Part shown: positions 1 through 11,512 of the stretch, piece by piece
Numbering within the stretch: the first letter of the stretch is position 1
Layout: every line of letters starts with the position of its first letter
Source of the DNA: a virus
Taxonomy: Duplodnaviria; Caudoviricetes
IMG/VR virus record: IMGVR_UViG_3300021514_000002
Coordinates: 128,001-192,000 of that record
Strand: one strand, 5' to 3'
Length of the DNA stretch: 64,000 nucleotides
Program-made: the position numbers and the translations under genes
Notes under the pieces: model-generated
What the model was told of the DNA's origin: nothing
What the model saw: only the letters and a program-made list of their open reading frames with translations
Databases searched by the model: none

Positions 1-162
1 CAACAAAGCCTGCAGATATCGGCGTTCTTAAAACCCGAGTCCAGTTCCCGTAAGTCTGGTTTTTCATACCTTCAAGAGATTCCGCCATAACATCATGATT
101 TACGGAATTTGGAAAGGTGAAAATCTCAAACTCATTGTCTTCGTTGATCATACATATATATT

Positions 163-2103
163 TCATTCATCCTCCCGGATTTTGTTTATCTTTAGTAACA
201 GTTTTCTTAAATGTTGTCGGTCGTCTTCTGTTATATAATCAGATACCCGCTTCATGCGAGCAGACTTAAATCCACACGATGGACAACATTCTTTAGTATC
301 CTTATCAGGTGGGTAATGTGTATCATACTCATGTGTACAATTATCACAAATCATCGTTGCAGGATACCCATAATTATAATTTGTAGCCATGGTTATGCTT
401 CCTCCGTCGCCTTATGCCAAAGTCTATTCCATAGATATTGATCATCCTTGCCTTCTTCGGTTATACATTTTCCATCTTTAACCATCGACACGAAAAGAAA
501 CTTCTCACCGTTAACGTGGTAATGATTCATCCCACATATTGCCCATTCATTTAATGGAGAGTTTTGCCATGGCATTACTTTATTCATTTCTATGTAAATT
601 ATCCATCAATTCTTTCTTTATAATATCCCGCCTATCTTGATTACATAATCTGTGGAATTTATCAAGGTCGTAACCGCTTAATATACCATCATCGTCGATT
701 AATTCTTTAAGTTTAGTTGCTTTGTTAGGACAAGATATGTTCAATAAGTCAGCAGCAAACTTGTATCCCGAGGCGTCTGTTTCACGCGCGTCAGGCGGGG
801 GCATTGTTATTGTGACAATGACCGATATTCCAACCATAATGAACAGTAATATTATTTTAGTTACAGTATTCATTTTTATGTCTTAACTTTTAATGTCAAT
901 TGTCTTTTTGGAATAGACATATAAGTAGGATTTTTATTAGTGCCAAAATTAACACGCACTAAACCAGCTTTAGTTATCTTTTGAACAACCCCAGTATGTG
1001 AAATATTGGTTAGTGGGGAATAGACAACTTCCCTGCCCTTTATAAACTCTTCGTCTAAGGCATTAATTGCCGTAAATAATTGGTTTCTGCCAACACGGGT
1101 ATAGCCGTTGGGCACACTCGGGTCTTCGTGCATATCCTTGAAATTCGCAGCTTTTTTAATCACAGCTGCCTGGTTTGCCATCGTATCAAGCAATTTGATT
1201 ATTCCCTGTTCAATACTATCAGCAGCAGGACATTTTATATTTTGTAAGCGCATTAGGGTTTTGAATTCAAACAGTAATGTCTGTGTTTTCTTGGTCATTT
1301 TTTTCTCCGTATATTTGTTGTCTGGTTAGTCGATTATTCTGACCATCTTTCGGCAAGTAAATCTGTACCAAATTTGGAAATTTTTTGCCTAATGTGATGA
1401 CCATTACCAAATATACGCTTCTCGCCATTTGGAGTCTTCGTATATTCGAGTTGTTCAATTAATCTGGAGGCTGCGTATAATGCGTTGCTTAATTCAACCT
1501 TTGCAGTTTCTAGATCCATTTGTTCAAGTTCTGCCCTTGTATAATTTACCATTACCATTCTCCATTAATCCACTTGCAGTTAATCGCCATCTATATGTCT
1601 GTCTCTTAACGCCTCAAAACATTTCTTTAGTATTCTATTTGTAACGGGCAGATATGCGTCGTTAGTTAAAACATCGCGTAATCCTTCTTTTGTATTTTTA
1701 GCGAAGATATAACCATCAGTGATAGCAACTAAAAACCATCTTTCATCGTTATCCTTGTCAGATCCTGCAATATATCCAATTTGAGCAACAGTCGTAGCAA
1801 TATAATCAATAGTATGGTGTGGTTTTTCATTATTAATGAAAGTCACATAACGACCAGCTTTCACATCACTCGTACCCCAAGTAATTTTCATTTCTCACTT
1901 CCTTTCTTATGTAATTTAATCCACATATCTTTAGGATGTAGCCTTTCCCAGACAGGCATTGGCAATCTATCACCCACCACCCTGCATAATAAGCTGTCTA
2001 ATTCCATATGACGATCCCCATCGTAGAATGGGGCAAATCTAATCAGATAAGCCCCATTGTCTTTAGGTAATCCAATATTTTCCACTGTTCTTTGCATAAT
2101 CAT
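163..2103 (-). other. Run of seven small co-directional hypothetical phage CDS (163-390, 393-587, 580-873, 876-1298, 1334-1558, 1580-1891, 1888-2103)
   Basis: Tightly packed or overlapping minus-strand ORFs; no recognisable family. Confidence 0.7.
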
Positions 2104-2172
2104 TAGGTTAACATATTATACACTCTTTGTCAATTATGATAAATAGAATCACTAGACAATTGGAATTTAATC

Positions 2173-2523
2173 ATGACGCAAAGATTTAAAGAATATCTTA
2201 TAGAAATACTAGACAAGGGCATCCATTTAGATGACGTTAAAGATGACGAAATTGATGATCTTGACCATAAGGCACCTAATCCACCTAAAGGTATTGAAGA
2301 TACAGCCGAACGTTTTATGCATCTACAGAACAAGGTGCTTGCCATGATTCCACAAGATGAGTTTCCTGAAAATAGCGAAGAAATGATGGCTCTTAACCGA
2401 TTAATATATGATAATATCTTAGAAATTCGCACAGATATTCCTAGAAATGTTATCACCCGTTGGAAACAAATGGCACCTACCCGCAAAGCGCGCGAATTAG
2501 AAAATCCTTACAATTATACTTAA
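2173..2523 (+). CDS. Hypothetical protein (116 aa)
   Basis: Only substantial plus-strand ORF in a minus-strand run; acidic helical composition. Confidence 0.6.
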   Translation: MTQRFKEYLIEILDKGIHLDDVKDDEIDDLDHKAPNPPKGIEDTAERFMHLQNKVLAMIPQDEFPENSEEMMALNRLIYDNILEIRTDIPRNVITRWKQMAPTRKARELENPYNYT

Positions 2524-2629
2524 AAGCCACCCATTTGTTGCTTCTTTGATTTAAAGAAACTAATACGTTTCTTTTTAATAGGGAAGCAACTCATGTCTTT
2601 CTTAATAGGTATTAGTTTCTTAATAAACA

Positions 2630-4875
2630 TTATATTGTTTGCGTATGCCCTTCTGAATATCCTGAATCGGGATGCTTTCCATCATACCATTCTGTGGTTC
2701 TACCATCCCGCTTATGTTCATATAATGAACATTTCTCACACTTATGTTCTAATGGGAGCATAAAGAAACTATGTGCGGTTATTTTCCATTTGTGCCAACC
2801 TAACTTACATAAAATATTCATTTTTTTATTTCTCTTTTTCTTGAGGCCGTAATGATAGTTGTTCCATTTCAGTTAAATCACCGTCACAATCTTCATTATT
2901 AAATTGTTCTTTTGCTTCCTTTTCAGCATCTTCTTTTTCCCATCCATTAACGATTAATTTCAAGGCAAAATCTTCTTCATTCATCATCCGTTACTTCCAT
3001 TTTCTTAATATACCATTCATGGTTCATTATCCTATCGTTAATTAATATGCCCGGTTGTAACCTAATTATATCAGGGTGTCAAGGTCTTAATATTAATCAA
3101 TACAGGGTTTAATCTTATAGTTATACGATGCCCTTTATCTGGACGCGTTCCATCCGAATTCATTTGACCTAATAACCACTCTTTTCCACAGTCTTTACAA
3201 ACTATGACATTGCATATTCGTTTATTACTGGGGATATGTTCACCTTCAATATATTCAGGATATTTTTTGGTCATACATCGTCCCCTTAAAACCTTCCATA
3301 TTTTTTAAATCTTTTATGTAGGTCATATTTTAATTTCATCAGGGCAAACTGAAGTCCTGCGTAAACAATTAATCCTGCTATACATAACCAATGAATCAAT
3401 GGTATAATTACTTCCATTATAATGCCTCATTTAAATTGACTTCTACGCCATCAATTAATTTCTTAATATCATCAACTTCTTCCTGTGTGAATGGTTTACA
3501 CACTTTAAGCAATTCATCAAAACTTAAATTAACAATTTTCTCAAATTCTTCAAGTTTATAAAAAAATTCAATGGTGTCATTTATTGCAGTTATCCTCTCA
3601 TCGTATTCGTCAACACACATTTGATGAAATTTAGCATCACCAATACGTGGGTTTTCATCCCTGTATTTTTGATGACAATCGCGCCACTGTACATGTGTTT
3701 CGCGCGAATATTCAAGATTAGGCAATAATGCTTTTAATTTCACAATAAAATATTTAGGTTCATTCATTATATCAGTTTTCCAAAAATTCAACATAAGGGG
3801 CGAAACTAGCAACGTAATTCCCTATAGGTTTATTCCCATCTTCGTTACATTCTTTACATACAGTCATAGAAACAGGTTGACCCATACAACCACATTCCCT
3901 GCCATCACAACACCCTTGTAATATGTAATGCTCATCATCACAATAACTACAGATTGGTTTATTCATCCTTATACATTAGTCTTTACCCTTTACTATGTCA
4001 CTAGATAAATCAGCTGCCCATCTTTCAATATCTTCGGGCGGCTTAACTTTGGCAACTTCCTTGGCTAACTCTATCATACTATCGGATAATGCAAAAGCGC
4101 CGCTGGCCTCATCTATCTCTTTTTTTGTAAAACCAAGCGGCTCAAGAACGTCATAAATTGTTGGTAATTGATCTGTGTCTTCATCATAAAAATCCTGTGT
4201 AACATTCTCCCAATAAGGGTCATCACGATCAGTCATTCTCATGATAAGCTTTAAAGATTGTTCTCTAGTAATATTAATTTTTTTCATATCTGCTTATTAT
4301 CCATCTAGTTTCCATTTTACAATTCCCTTCTGCACTAATTGACATATTAAATTTGAATTGTAGATTAGGGTCAATTCTTGCCCGTAAACATAATTCTTTT
4401 GCTTCTTCATTTATCACATGAACGATCATATCTTGTTCTGCTTCGGTCGGAATCCTATCATGTAACTTTAAAGATAATGATTCGTCCATAAAATTCGCAA
4501 TTTTTGTTTCTATTAATTGAAGTTCAACAATTGAAAACATAATCACACCACTTGCTCTCTTTTGGCTTCACTGGTCTGTAATTATTCACTGTCATCCCCA
4601 TTTTCTAATAAATGCTCAATGAGCTTGTCCTTGGCTTCTATTTCTTCCTGTAATTTTTTAATCTTGAAAGGTGCATTTGCTATAAATTCAGCAACGGCTT
4701 CCCTTTCATCTTCTGGAACATCATCATGAATAATGGCGATGTAATGGGCACCCCAATTACAGATACGTCCAACAGAGCATTCGTCAATACAATCGCCATC
4801 AGGATCTTTATAAGTACATGATGATTGCCAACCTGATAAAATATCATCAATTGAAATATGTATTAAATCACTCAT
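2630..4875 (-). other. Run of small hypothetical CDS (2630-2821, 3071-3274, 3417-3812, 3772-3966, 3976-4287, 4274-4546, 4582-4875)
   Basis: Co-directional ORFs, several with CxxC motifs. Confidence 0.65.
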
Positions 4876-5103
4876 AAACCACCTTTGTTATGTTCTATTA
4901 CTTATTAATTGTGACGCCATTTTTAATTGTTCTTGGCATTTACAACAAGATAAATAAGCATCACTGCGACATTCAACAACGCCTGCGCCGGTTATTCTAA
5001 TACCTTCTTTTTGAGGACATTTCTTTTTAGGATCTTTATCGCAATTCGTATTCATAATCGTTTCCTTATCTAAAACTACTCATCCTAATTTCCCCATTGT
5101 AAC

Positions 5104-5664
5104 CTAATTCTGTTTTGAATTATAATTAGGATCACGAATATTTCGTTTTAATGCTTCAGTAGCTTCTTCAGGCGTGTTGCCCTGACCATAAAATGATCTG
5201 TTGTCTGAAATCCGTTTTCCCCAACATCCCCAATAGTCCTCTTCCATGGCTTGACAACCTTCATCCCCTTGAACGTGATATGGTGTATCAAAAATATAGT
5301 CATCTAAATTTACAGGGTCATTCCTGTCATTATTAATATACGTTATGTTCTTATGAAGTTCTGTGGCAATTTTAATTTCATCTGCGACACCCGTCGATTC
5401 TTTCCATCCGTCAAGGCACAATACATAGACTTCCTTTGCACTAGCAATCATCGTTCTACAATGATTCCGCCAAAATGCATAATTCGTTGGTAAGGTATGG
5501 TTTTTAGTAAGATGATGCATAGCAACGATTGTTGAATATGCAATTTTTCCTTCTAATGTTAAATTAACAAGGAAGGTTTCTGCTTTTTCTACCCGTTCCT
5601 GTACAACAACAGGATTATCATGGGTATATGGACTTATTACAAATACATCATACATTGGAATCAA
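5104..5664 (-). CDS. DUF1937-like / nucleoside deoxyribosyltransferase-fold protein
   Basis: Motifs VISPYTH, YSTIVAMH, VYVLCLDGWKESTGVADEI. Confidence 0.65.
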   Translation of the reverse strand: MIPMYDVFVISPYTHDNPVVVQERVEKAETFLVNLTLEGKIAYSTIVAMHHLTKNHTLPTNYAFWRNHCRTMIASAKEVYVLCLDGWKESTGVADEIKIATELHKNITYINNDRNDPVNLDDYIFDTPYHVQGDEGCQAMEEDYWGCWGKRISDNRSFYGQGNTPEEATEALKRNIRDPNYNSKQN

Positions 5665-6453
5665 TCACCTCTTGGTATTGTTGCCACCAGTGCTTCTACC
5701 GCACTTACGATATCGTTTACTTCAAAATCACGTCTAGTATCACCTAAGATATATCTAATTCGGTGGATGGCTTCTTCCCATCTGTCTTTGCGAACAACCT
5801 CACCGTCGCCACGAAATTCATAATCCGCAGGGTCTTTGCCTTGAAACTCCCGTTTCCTAAAATCATTTTCTGTAACTTCACGTTTATCAGTTGATTTCAT
5901 TTAATTTTCCTATATTGCATCAATGTCAGTGATATCAGTTTTTTCACTGTCAAAGTTTTCACTAACATATTTTACATCCATAAATGAACACGGATACACA
6001 TGCATAGTAATAGTGTTATGTTTAGTTTCGCCATGCTTTTTAGCGTATTCAACCGCTTGCTTTAATTCTTTTAATGTTATATTAAATCTTTCTGGTTTAT
6101 TCATTTTAACTACCTTGCTTGTCTTCTAAAGCATATTCCATAGCATCTTCAAATGCACATCCCGAATCATTATATTTCAATATATAATCAATTCTATACT
6201 TGTCATAGGAAGTTATAAGGAATAGTTCACGGAGTTCTTCTTTTGTAACCTTATACAATAGACCATCCAGCACAAGGTATTCTTCACAGAATCCTTGTAA
6301 CAGCTTTTCTGTATAATCTCTGTATCCAGATAGCTTATGCCCTAACTTCGGTTTAATAGAAATCAAGACACTCTGACACAATTCTTCCAGCGTTTGACCA
6401 TTATGTTCAAAAGGAATAAGTTCTAAAGTTCCCCGTACAAAAGCAGTTGCCAT
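5661..6453 (-). other. Three small hypothetical CDS (5661-5900, 5910-6104, 6106-6453)
   Basis: Coupled co-directional ORFs. Confidence 0.65.
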
Positions 6454-6578
6454 CAGTTATCTCCAAATTTATTAATAATACAACAATTGTAACCTAATTC
6501 ACTATTATGTCTTTTACATGAGGAACATTCACCACAATGTCCTTTCTTACCAGATTCACGGTAATAAATTAGATTCAT
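6453..6578 (-). CDS. 41-aa mini-ORF duplicating the QueC-like C-terminal Cys cluster (not in ORF track)
   Basis: MNLIYYRESGKKGHCGECSSCKRHNSELG..; ATGA and TGATG overlaps with both neighbours; about 86% nt identity to 7271-7357. Confidence 0.55.
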   Translation of the reverse strand: MNLIYYRESGKKGHCGECSSCKRHNSELGYNCCIINKFGDN

Positions 6579-6775
6579 TGCGTCTTCCTTGTTTCGCGTC
6601 TTATGTTAATTTTCCATTCGTTAGAATTTAACTCTGTAACGCTAGGTCTATAATTATTACCTGTTTCATCAGCTATAGTATTATGCAATAAATGGATATA
6701 CTGGTGTGGTTTCCAATAAGATAGTGTAACTTCTTTTTTATCAAAAACTAGTGTTAACGCTTCATCAAATTTCAT
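6575..6775 (-). CDS. Hypothetical protein (66 aa)
   Basis: ORF in co-directional run. Confidence 0.6.
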   Translation of the reverse strand: MKFDEALTLVFDKKEVTLSYWKPHQYIHLLHNTIADETGNNYRPSVTELNSNEWKINIRRETRKTQ

Positions 6776-6935
6776 TATCGTTCTTCTTTGGTTTAGGGGT
6801 GTTATAATAAAGCTTCTTATTACAATGAATACAGTGTGTAAAATTTACAACACCAAAAAATTCAGAATCGTACTTCTTATCGCTTTCGTGCCAACCAATA
6901 AAACATAGTATTTTCGTAGGTAGTTTCATCTTAAT

Positions 6936-6964
6936 ATTATAACCTAATCCTAATAAGTTGTCAA
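6936..6964 (-). promoter_or_regulatory. Phage sigma70-type promoter, near-identical to the cas promoter
   Basis: TTGACA-17 bp-TATAAT; 32/33 nt identical to 17301-17333. Confidence 0.8.
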
Positions 6965-6979
6965 GTCTTGCCTAACTCA

Positions 6980-7264
6980 TCACGGTTCGTCCTTATTGAA
7001 ATATTCAAACGCAGCATTACATACAGCTTCGTTGATTGTTTCTTCTTCTTCATACATTATTTGCATTAAAGCACCCCAATCATCCCAAGTTAAACTTTCT
7101 TTCAGCTTCTCCATTATCTCAACCATTTGGTCGTTGTTTGTTAATGGGTAGTATCTGCTGCCACCAAACGTTGGCGAACCTAAATATAATATTCCGTCCG
7201 TAGTGATATAGTTAGGGAAAAGTTCCATCCCTTCTGCAATCACTTTTAACTGTTCTGGTTTCAT
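6980..7264 (-). CDS. Hypothetical protein (94 aa)
   Basis: Stop/start overlap with the queC-like gene. Confidence 0.6.
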   Translation of the reverse strand: MKPEQLKVIAEGMELFPNYITTDGILYLGSPTFGGSRYYPLTNNDQMVEIMEKLKESLTWDDWGALMQIMYEEEETINEAVCNAAFEYFNKDEP

Positions 7265-7857
7265 TCTATGCCTAACTCATTATCGTGCCTTTTGCACGAT
7301 GAACATTCACCACAGTTTCCTTTCTTACCAGATTCACAGTAATAAATTAGGTTCATTATTTGCTCATAGTATATAAAATCTTTCAAATCGTTAATTAAAT
7401 CTACCTTAGTTTTCCATTCGTATGGAAATACCAATGGCACAGTGTCACCATCACATACTAGATTATTCATCGCATCGTAAACAGCATGGATTTCGGTCTT
7501 GTAGTGCCATGCAGCATCGTATTTAATAAAGGCAATATTGACGCCACAATGAGTATTAATATTGGCGATATAAGCCACTGCAGTAATCCAAAGGGCAGGT
7601 TGAACATACATCGTTTTAGTTACCGAAATAGTATTGTATCCAAAACTATGTTCATTAACAATTTTCCCTTTAAGGTTAGCATCGTTAATAATACATCTTA
7701 ATTTTCTAATGGCGGTTTTTTCATGTCTTTGTTGATTTTCATTATTTTTCAAATCAACATACATAATGTCAATATCGCCTTGGGTTAACAATTCAATAAC
7801 CAGACAGGTACTATCCGTTCCACCTGACCATAATACTAATGGACGTTTATCACACAT
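7261..7857 (-). CDS. QueC-like (7-cyano-7-deazaguanine synthase-like) PP-loop ATPase
   Basis: PP-loop LWSGGTDST and C-terminal C-x7-CGECSSC Zn motif. Confidence 0.7.
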   Translation of the reverse strand: MCDKRPLVLWSGGTDSTCLVIELLTQGDIDIMYVDLKNNENQQRHEKTAIRKLRCIINDANLKGKIVNEHSFGYNTISVTKTMYVQPALWITAVAYIANINTHCGVNIAFIKYDAAWHYKTEIHAVYDAMNNLVCDGDTVPLVFPYEWKTKVDLINDLKDFIYYEQIMNLIYYCESGKKGNCGECSSCKRHDNELGIE

Positions 7858-7926
7858 TAATTACCTCCAATAGGTAATAATTACATCCCAAAATGTAGAA
7901 TAGTTCTTTTTGTTCCAATGGAATGT

Positions 7927-8214
7927 TCATACAATAGCCATCGCGTCATCAAAATTGTTTGAACCCATATTAACCATATCAAATTGTGCTGCAACAAATT
8001 CTATTGCAAATTTAGTGGCAAACGTACAATCATAACCCATTGGGTTATCATCAGGTTTAAGTGATATGACTTTTGATTCACCTATTGACCATATCCGAAC
8101 CCTATATTCTTTTCCTTTAGTAAATCGCCTATTACCAAATTGTTCATTAAAATGGTCATATTTTGCTATAAGAATATCACCCGTTTTAAGGTTTTCTACT
8201 TCTGCTCTTAACAT
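7927..8214 (-). CDS. Hypothetical SH3-like protein
   Basis: FTKGKEYRV motif and C-terminal FDDAMAIV; resembles 19455-19685. Confidence 0.55.
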   Translation of the reverse strand: MLRAEVENLKTGDILIAKYDHFNEQFGNRRFTKGKEYRVRIWSIGESKVISLKPDDNPMGYDCTFATKFAIEFVAAQFDMVNMGSNNFDDAMAIV

Positions 8215-8215
8215 A

Positions 8216-8608
8216 TTATCCTTTTACTTTTTGTACAAACATTTGCTTAACTTCAGTTAAGTGTTTAATCCAAACATCAACAGACTCTTCATTTAAAAAT
8301 GTGATATTCAACACCTCAATATTGGTTGGCATTTCACCGCCTTCGACGGGCAACCCAACTTCGCCCTTACCATTATTACCAACTGATAGACAGGGAACAT
8401 CGCCAAGCAATCCCGAGTGGACTGCAAATTTTCCTTCACCACATTCAATTCTTAAACTTTCCACGGTGTTTTCAGGCTTATAGCGTACGCTCATATATGA
8501 TAATTCTTCACATGCTTCTTCAACACTTTCGTACATATCCCAATCAAAGTCTTCCCATCCTGTAAATGTATAAACCTGTAATTCTTCACCATATCTTAAA
8601 CTTCTCAT
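8216..8608 (-). CDS. Hypothetical protein (130 aa)
   Basis: ORF downstream of a promoter-like sequence at about 8645-8672. Confidence 0.6.
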   Translation of the reverse strand: MRSLRYGEELQVYTFTGWEDFDWDMYESVEEACEELSYMSVRYKPENTVESLRIECGEGKFAVHSGLLGDVPCLSVGNNGKGEVGLPVEGGEMPTNIEVLNITFLNEESVDVWIKHLTEVKQMFVQKVKG

Positions 8609-8702
8609 TCCAATTTCCCATTGCGCTTGTTAATTAAATATTAATTGTAATCTAATTCTTTTAATGTGTCAAGGACTAAACATCGTAGACAATTACACGG
8701 CT

Positions 8703-10079
8703 TTATATTAATTTTACAATTTTTGATTCTATTTTTTCTACGCATTGTTTTAAAACATATTCAGGATCGCCTATATTATCCATTATAATAGCTTGTAATG
8801 TTGCAGGTGCCATATGTTTATTAAATTCTATAAACGATGGTATTACAAAATCAGGATAAAAATTATCAAAAAATCCCTTAAAACAATCATGTGTTAAATA
8901 TCCAATTTCAACACTTATATTGAACCTACCTCTGCGTGTCAGTGCAGAATCTAACTGGTTTATGTGATTTGTAGTCGCAATCAATATTCGACCATCAGAT
9001 GCCATTATACCATCTATTACATTTAATAATCCAGATAATGATAACATTGAAAATTCCTCGCTATTTTGTTCATCATTGCTATCTCTACTTTTAGTTACTG
9101 AATACGTATCAATATCTTCTATTAATAATAAAGAATTTCTAGGTAAAAGAGCGAGAGCTTCTTCTAATGTGTCATCCCTTATACCAGATAAACTTAAAAT
9201 GTACAGGGGTTTTTCAAATTTATCGCATAACGCTCTAACTAAAGACGTTTTCCCCGTACCAGGCATACCATATAAAATTACCCCTGTGCGGTAGGGAATC
9301 CCATGTTTCATATACCATTCCCGACTATTTAAAAACGTATCTATATGTTCGACTATTTCATTTTTCGTTTCTTTTGGTAAAATAACTGAACTGAATTTTC
9401 GTCGAGGTTGTCTAGCGTAAGATTTCCAATAACCATCTTTGTTGCCATTCCATTTGTATATTTGGGTCAAGTCCTTATCTACTTTTTTAGGGGTAATTTC
9501 AATAAGTAGTTGATGAAACTTTATTTGGGATCTTCCAAATGTAGTTAAATATATAGATTCTTTAACTTCTTTCGTATTATTGGCGTCTTTTAGTTCCCTG
9601 ACAAATCTAAATGGTTTCCCATCAAACATGAAATAATGAGTACCATATCCAGATGATATATCTAATCCACGGTCAGATGTATCACCATACCAAGAATAAA
9701 TTTGATTTTTTGCTACAAGAGTTCTGGATTTTGAACTTCGGCCAGTAGTATGGTACCAACGTAAAAAATTATCATAGACATCATCTACGTTGTTTAATGT
9801 CAATGTTACTGTCGTTTGTTTTACTACCATTTCCCAAATTGATTTTGGAATTCCCCGTGCAAAAAATGAAGCTGACCCTAATGCCCAAAGACTTATTGCG
9901 CCTGCGACCATAGGATTTTGTTTATTTAACCATACAAACAACGAACTTCCAATTAATTTAATATTGTCAAAACTCGTATAAGTGTAATATATTAATAAAC
10001 ATATCATACTTAATAACAATACAATGATTACGTTTATACGCGAAAATAACTTAATTTCATTTGTCTGCATTTTTAACAC
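8703..10079 (-). CDS. BCS1-like AAA+ ATPase with N-terminal membrane anchor
   Basis: Walker A GMPGTGKTS, Walker B LLIEDID, LSLSGLLNVIDG, ATTNH..LDSALTRRGRF; hydrophobic N-terminus. Confidence 0.85.
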   Translation of the reverse strand: MLKMQTNEIKLFSRINVIIVLLLSMICLLIYYTYTSFDNIKLIGSSLFVWLNKQNPMVAGAISLWALGSASFFARGIPKSIWEMVVKQTTVTLTLNNVDDVYDNFLRWYHTTGRSSKSRTLVAKNQIYSWYGDTSDRGLDISSGYGTHYFMFDGKPFRFVRELKDANNTKEVKESIYLTTFGRSQIKFHQLLIEITPKKVDKDLTQIYKWNGNKDGYWKSYARQPRRKFSSVILPKETKNEIVEHIDTFLNSREWYMKHGIPYRTGVILYGMPGTGKTSLVRALCDKFEKPLYILSLSGIRDDTLEEALALLPRNSLLLIEDIDTYSVTKSRDSNDEQNSEEFSMLSLSGLLNVIDGIMASDGRILIATTNHINQLDSALTRRGRFNISVEIGYLTHDCFKGFFDNFYPDFVIPSFIEFNKHMAPATLQAIIMDNIGDPEYVLKQCVEKIESKIVKLI

Positions 10080-10271
10080 TGTACTTTCCTAAAATCGTTT
10101 TCTGTAGCTGCGGTTATTAGTCATTTTAATGATTTGAATCCTATAAACCCGCCAAGGAGGAGACCAACAATAGCACCATAATTACCAAAAATGGAAACGA
10201 AAAGAATCCCACCACCCATGGCTGTTGCTATTGTTGTATTATGTGATAATTTTGCAAAGAATGACATGTTT

Positions 10272-10908
10272 TTAACACGCTTCGCCTGTCTTAGCAGTCC
10301 AACTCCGTGCCAATGTTTCCACCTCTACGTTTGGTGTAAATTTGCCCGTTTCTACAAAAATCCAAAAACCTGCGTATGGCTTCTGAACTTCTAGGCGGTT
10401 TGTCTTTTTCCACCATAACATCCCTGTTTCTACATCTACCAAAGCATGATAGATATAATTTAAATAAGAGTTGCCCGTTGTTTTCGTTAATTCAAAATTT
10501 GTAATTTTCATTGTATCCCCCTTTTATGCGTTAAGTGTAAGTTAATTCAGGGATAATGTCAAGACTTTAACCTAAAACCGCTTCAGGTTTCTAGACAATA
10601 CCACTGGCCTCGGCTTCAAGCAATACCAATATTCCCTTAGCCGTAATTGTAGGATGTGTCATGAATGCCTGTAGCCGTTCACTGCCTATATCAATCAGGT
10701 CGAGGCTGGCCAATGAAAAAAGCTCGTCAAAGCTACAATCTGCTTTTTTGCAAATGTCCGCACCTTCCATGTCAGGCGTATCCCGTATCACACGAAGGGC
10801 AATAAATTGTTCATATCCAAGATTCATTATAACCCCTTTAAATTTAGAATTTGTAAAACAGCGAATATAATAACCTAATTGATATAAGATGTCAAGGCAA
10901 AACTTCAT
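10272..10908 (-). other. Two hypothetical CDS (10272-10511, 10591-10908)
   Basis: Co-directional ORFs downstream of the HNH gene. Confidence 0.6.
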
Positions 10909-11395
10909 TTGACATTCCGCGAAAACGCTCTAATAAAAATAATAAAGAAGCCAACCCAAACAAAAAGTGCGCATGTCTTACTTTTGAATTCGCTTCTTTA
11001 ATTTCGCGTTCTTTGATACTACGTTGTTCTTTTAATTGTTTCCATTTTGCATAACGTTCTGGATTAGATGTTACCCACTTAAATTGATTATGTGATATTG
11101 TTGCGCGTTTACTATTGCAACCATTACATGCACAAGCTATATTAGACTTATGAAGCGTGCCACCTTGCGATCTCGGTAATAAGTGTTCTATGGTAGCAGT
11201 ACGGTGAAATACTTTATGAAATATTTTACGATCAGTCTCAAACCACAAATTCATTTCTCTTTCACACCAATAACATTTACCATCTTGTTTTTCGTATAGG
11301 TTTTTAAGTCGGCGCATATTACTCGACATCTTGAACGTTTTCTTACCAAGTTCAATCTGTAACATGAAATCACGTTGAAATGTAATACCACACAT
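10892..11395 (-). CDS. HNH endonuclease (McrA/HNH_5-like)
   Basis: CYWC...TIEHLLPRSQGG...NIACACNGCNSKR. Confidence 0.85.
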   Translation of the reverse strand: MCGITFQRDFMLQIELGKKTFKMSSNMRRLKNLYEKQDGKCYWCEREMNLWFETDRKIFHKVFHRTATIEHLLPRSQGGTLHKSNIACACNGCNSKRATISHNQFKWVTSNPERYAKWKQLKEQRSIKEREIKEANSKVRHAHFLFGLASLLFLLERFRGMSNEVLP

Positions 11396-11424
11396 AAACT
11401 GTACCCCTTTATTAACTTGAATAC

Positions 11425-11453
11425 ATTATACGTAATTGTAACCTAATTGTCAA
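11425..11453 (-). promoter_or_regulatory. Consensus sigma70 promoter for the HNH gene
   Basis: TTGACA-ATTAGGTTACAATTACG(17)-TATAAT. Confidence 0.8.
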
Positions 11454-11512
11454 ATAATATTTCACAGTAAGTGTCATAATAAATTCAAAATATAACCAAT
11501 ATTTTCTTTTTG

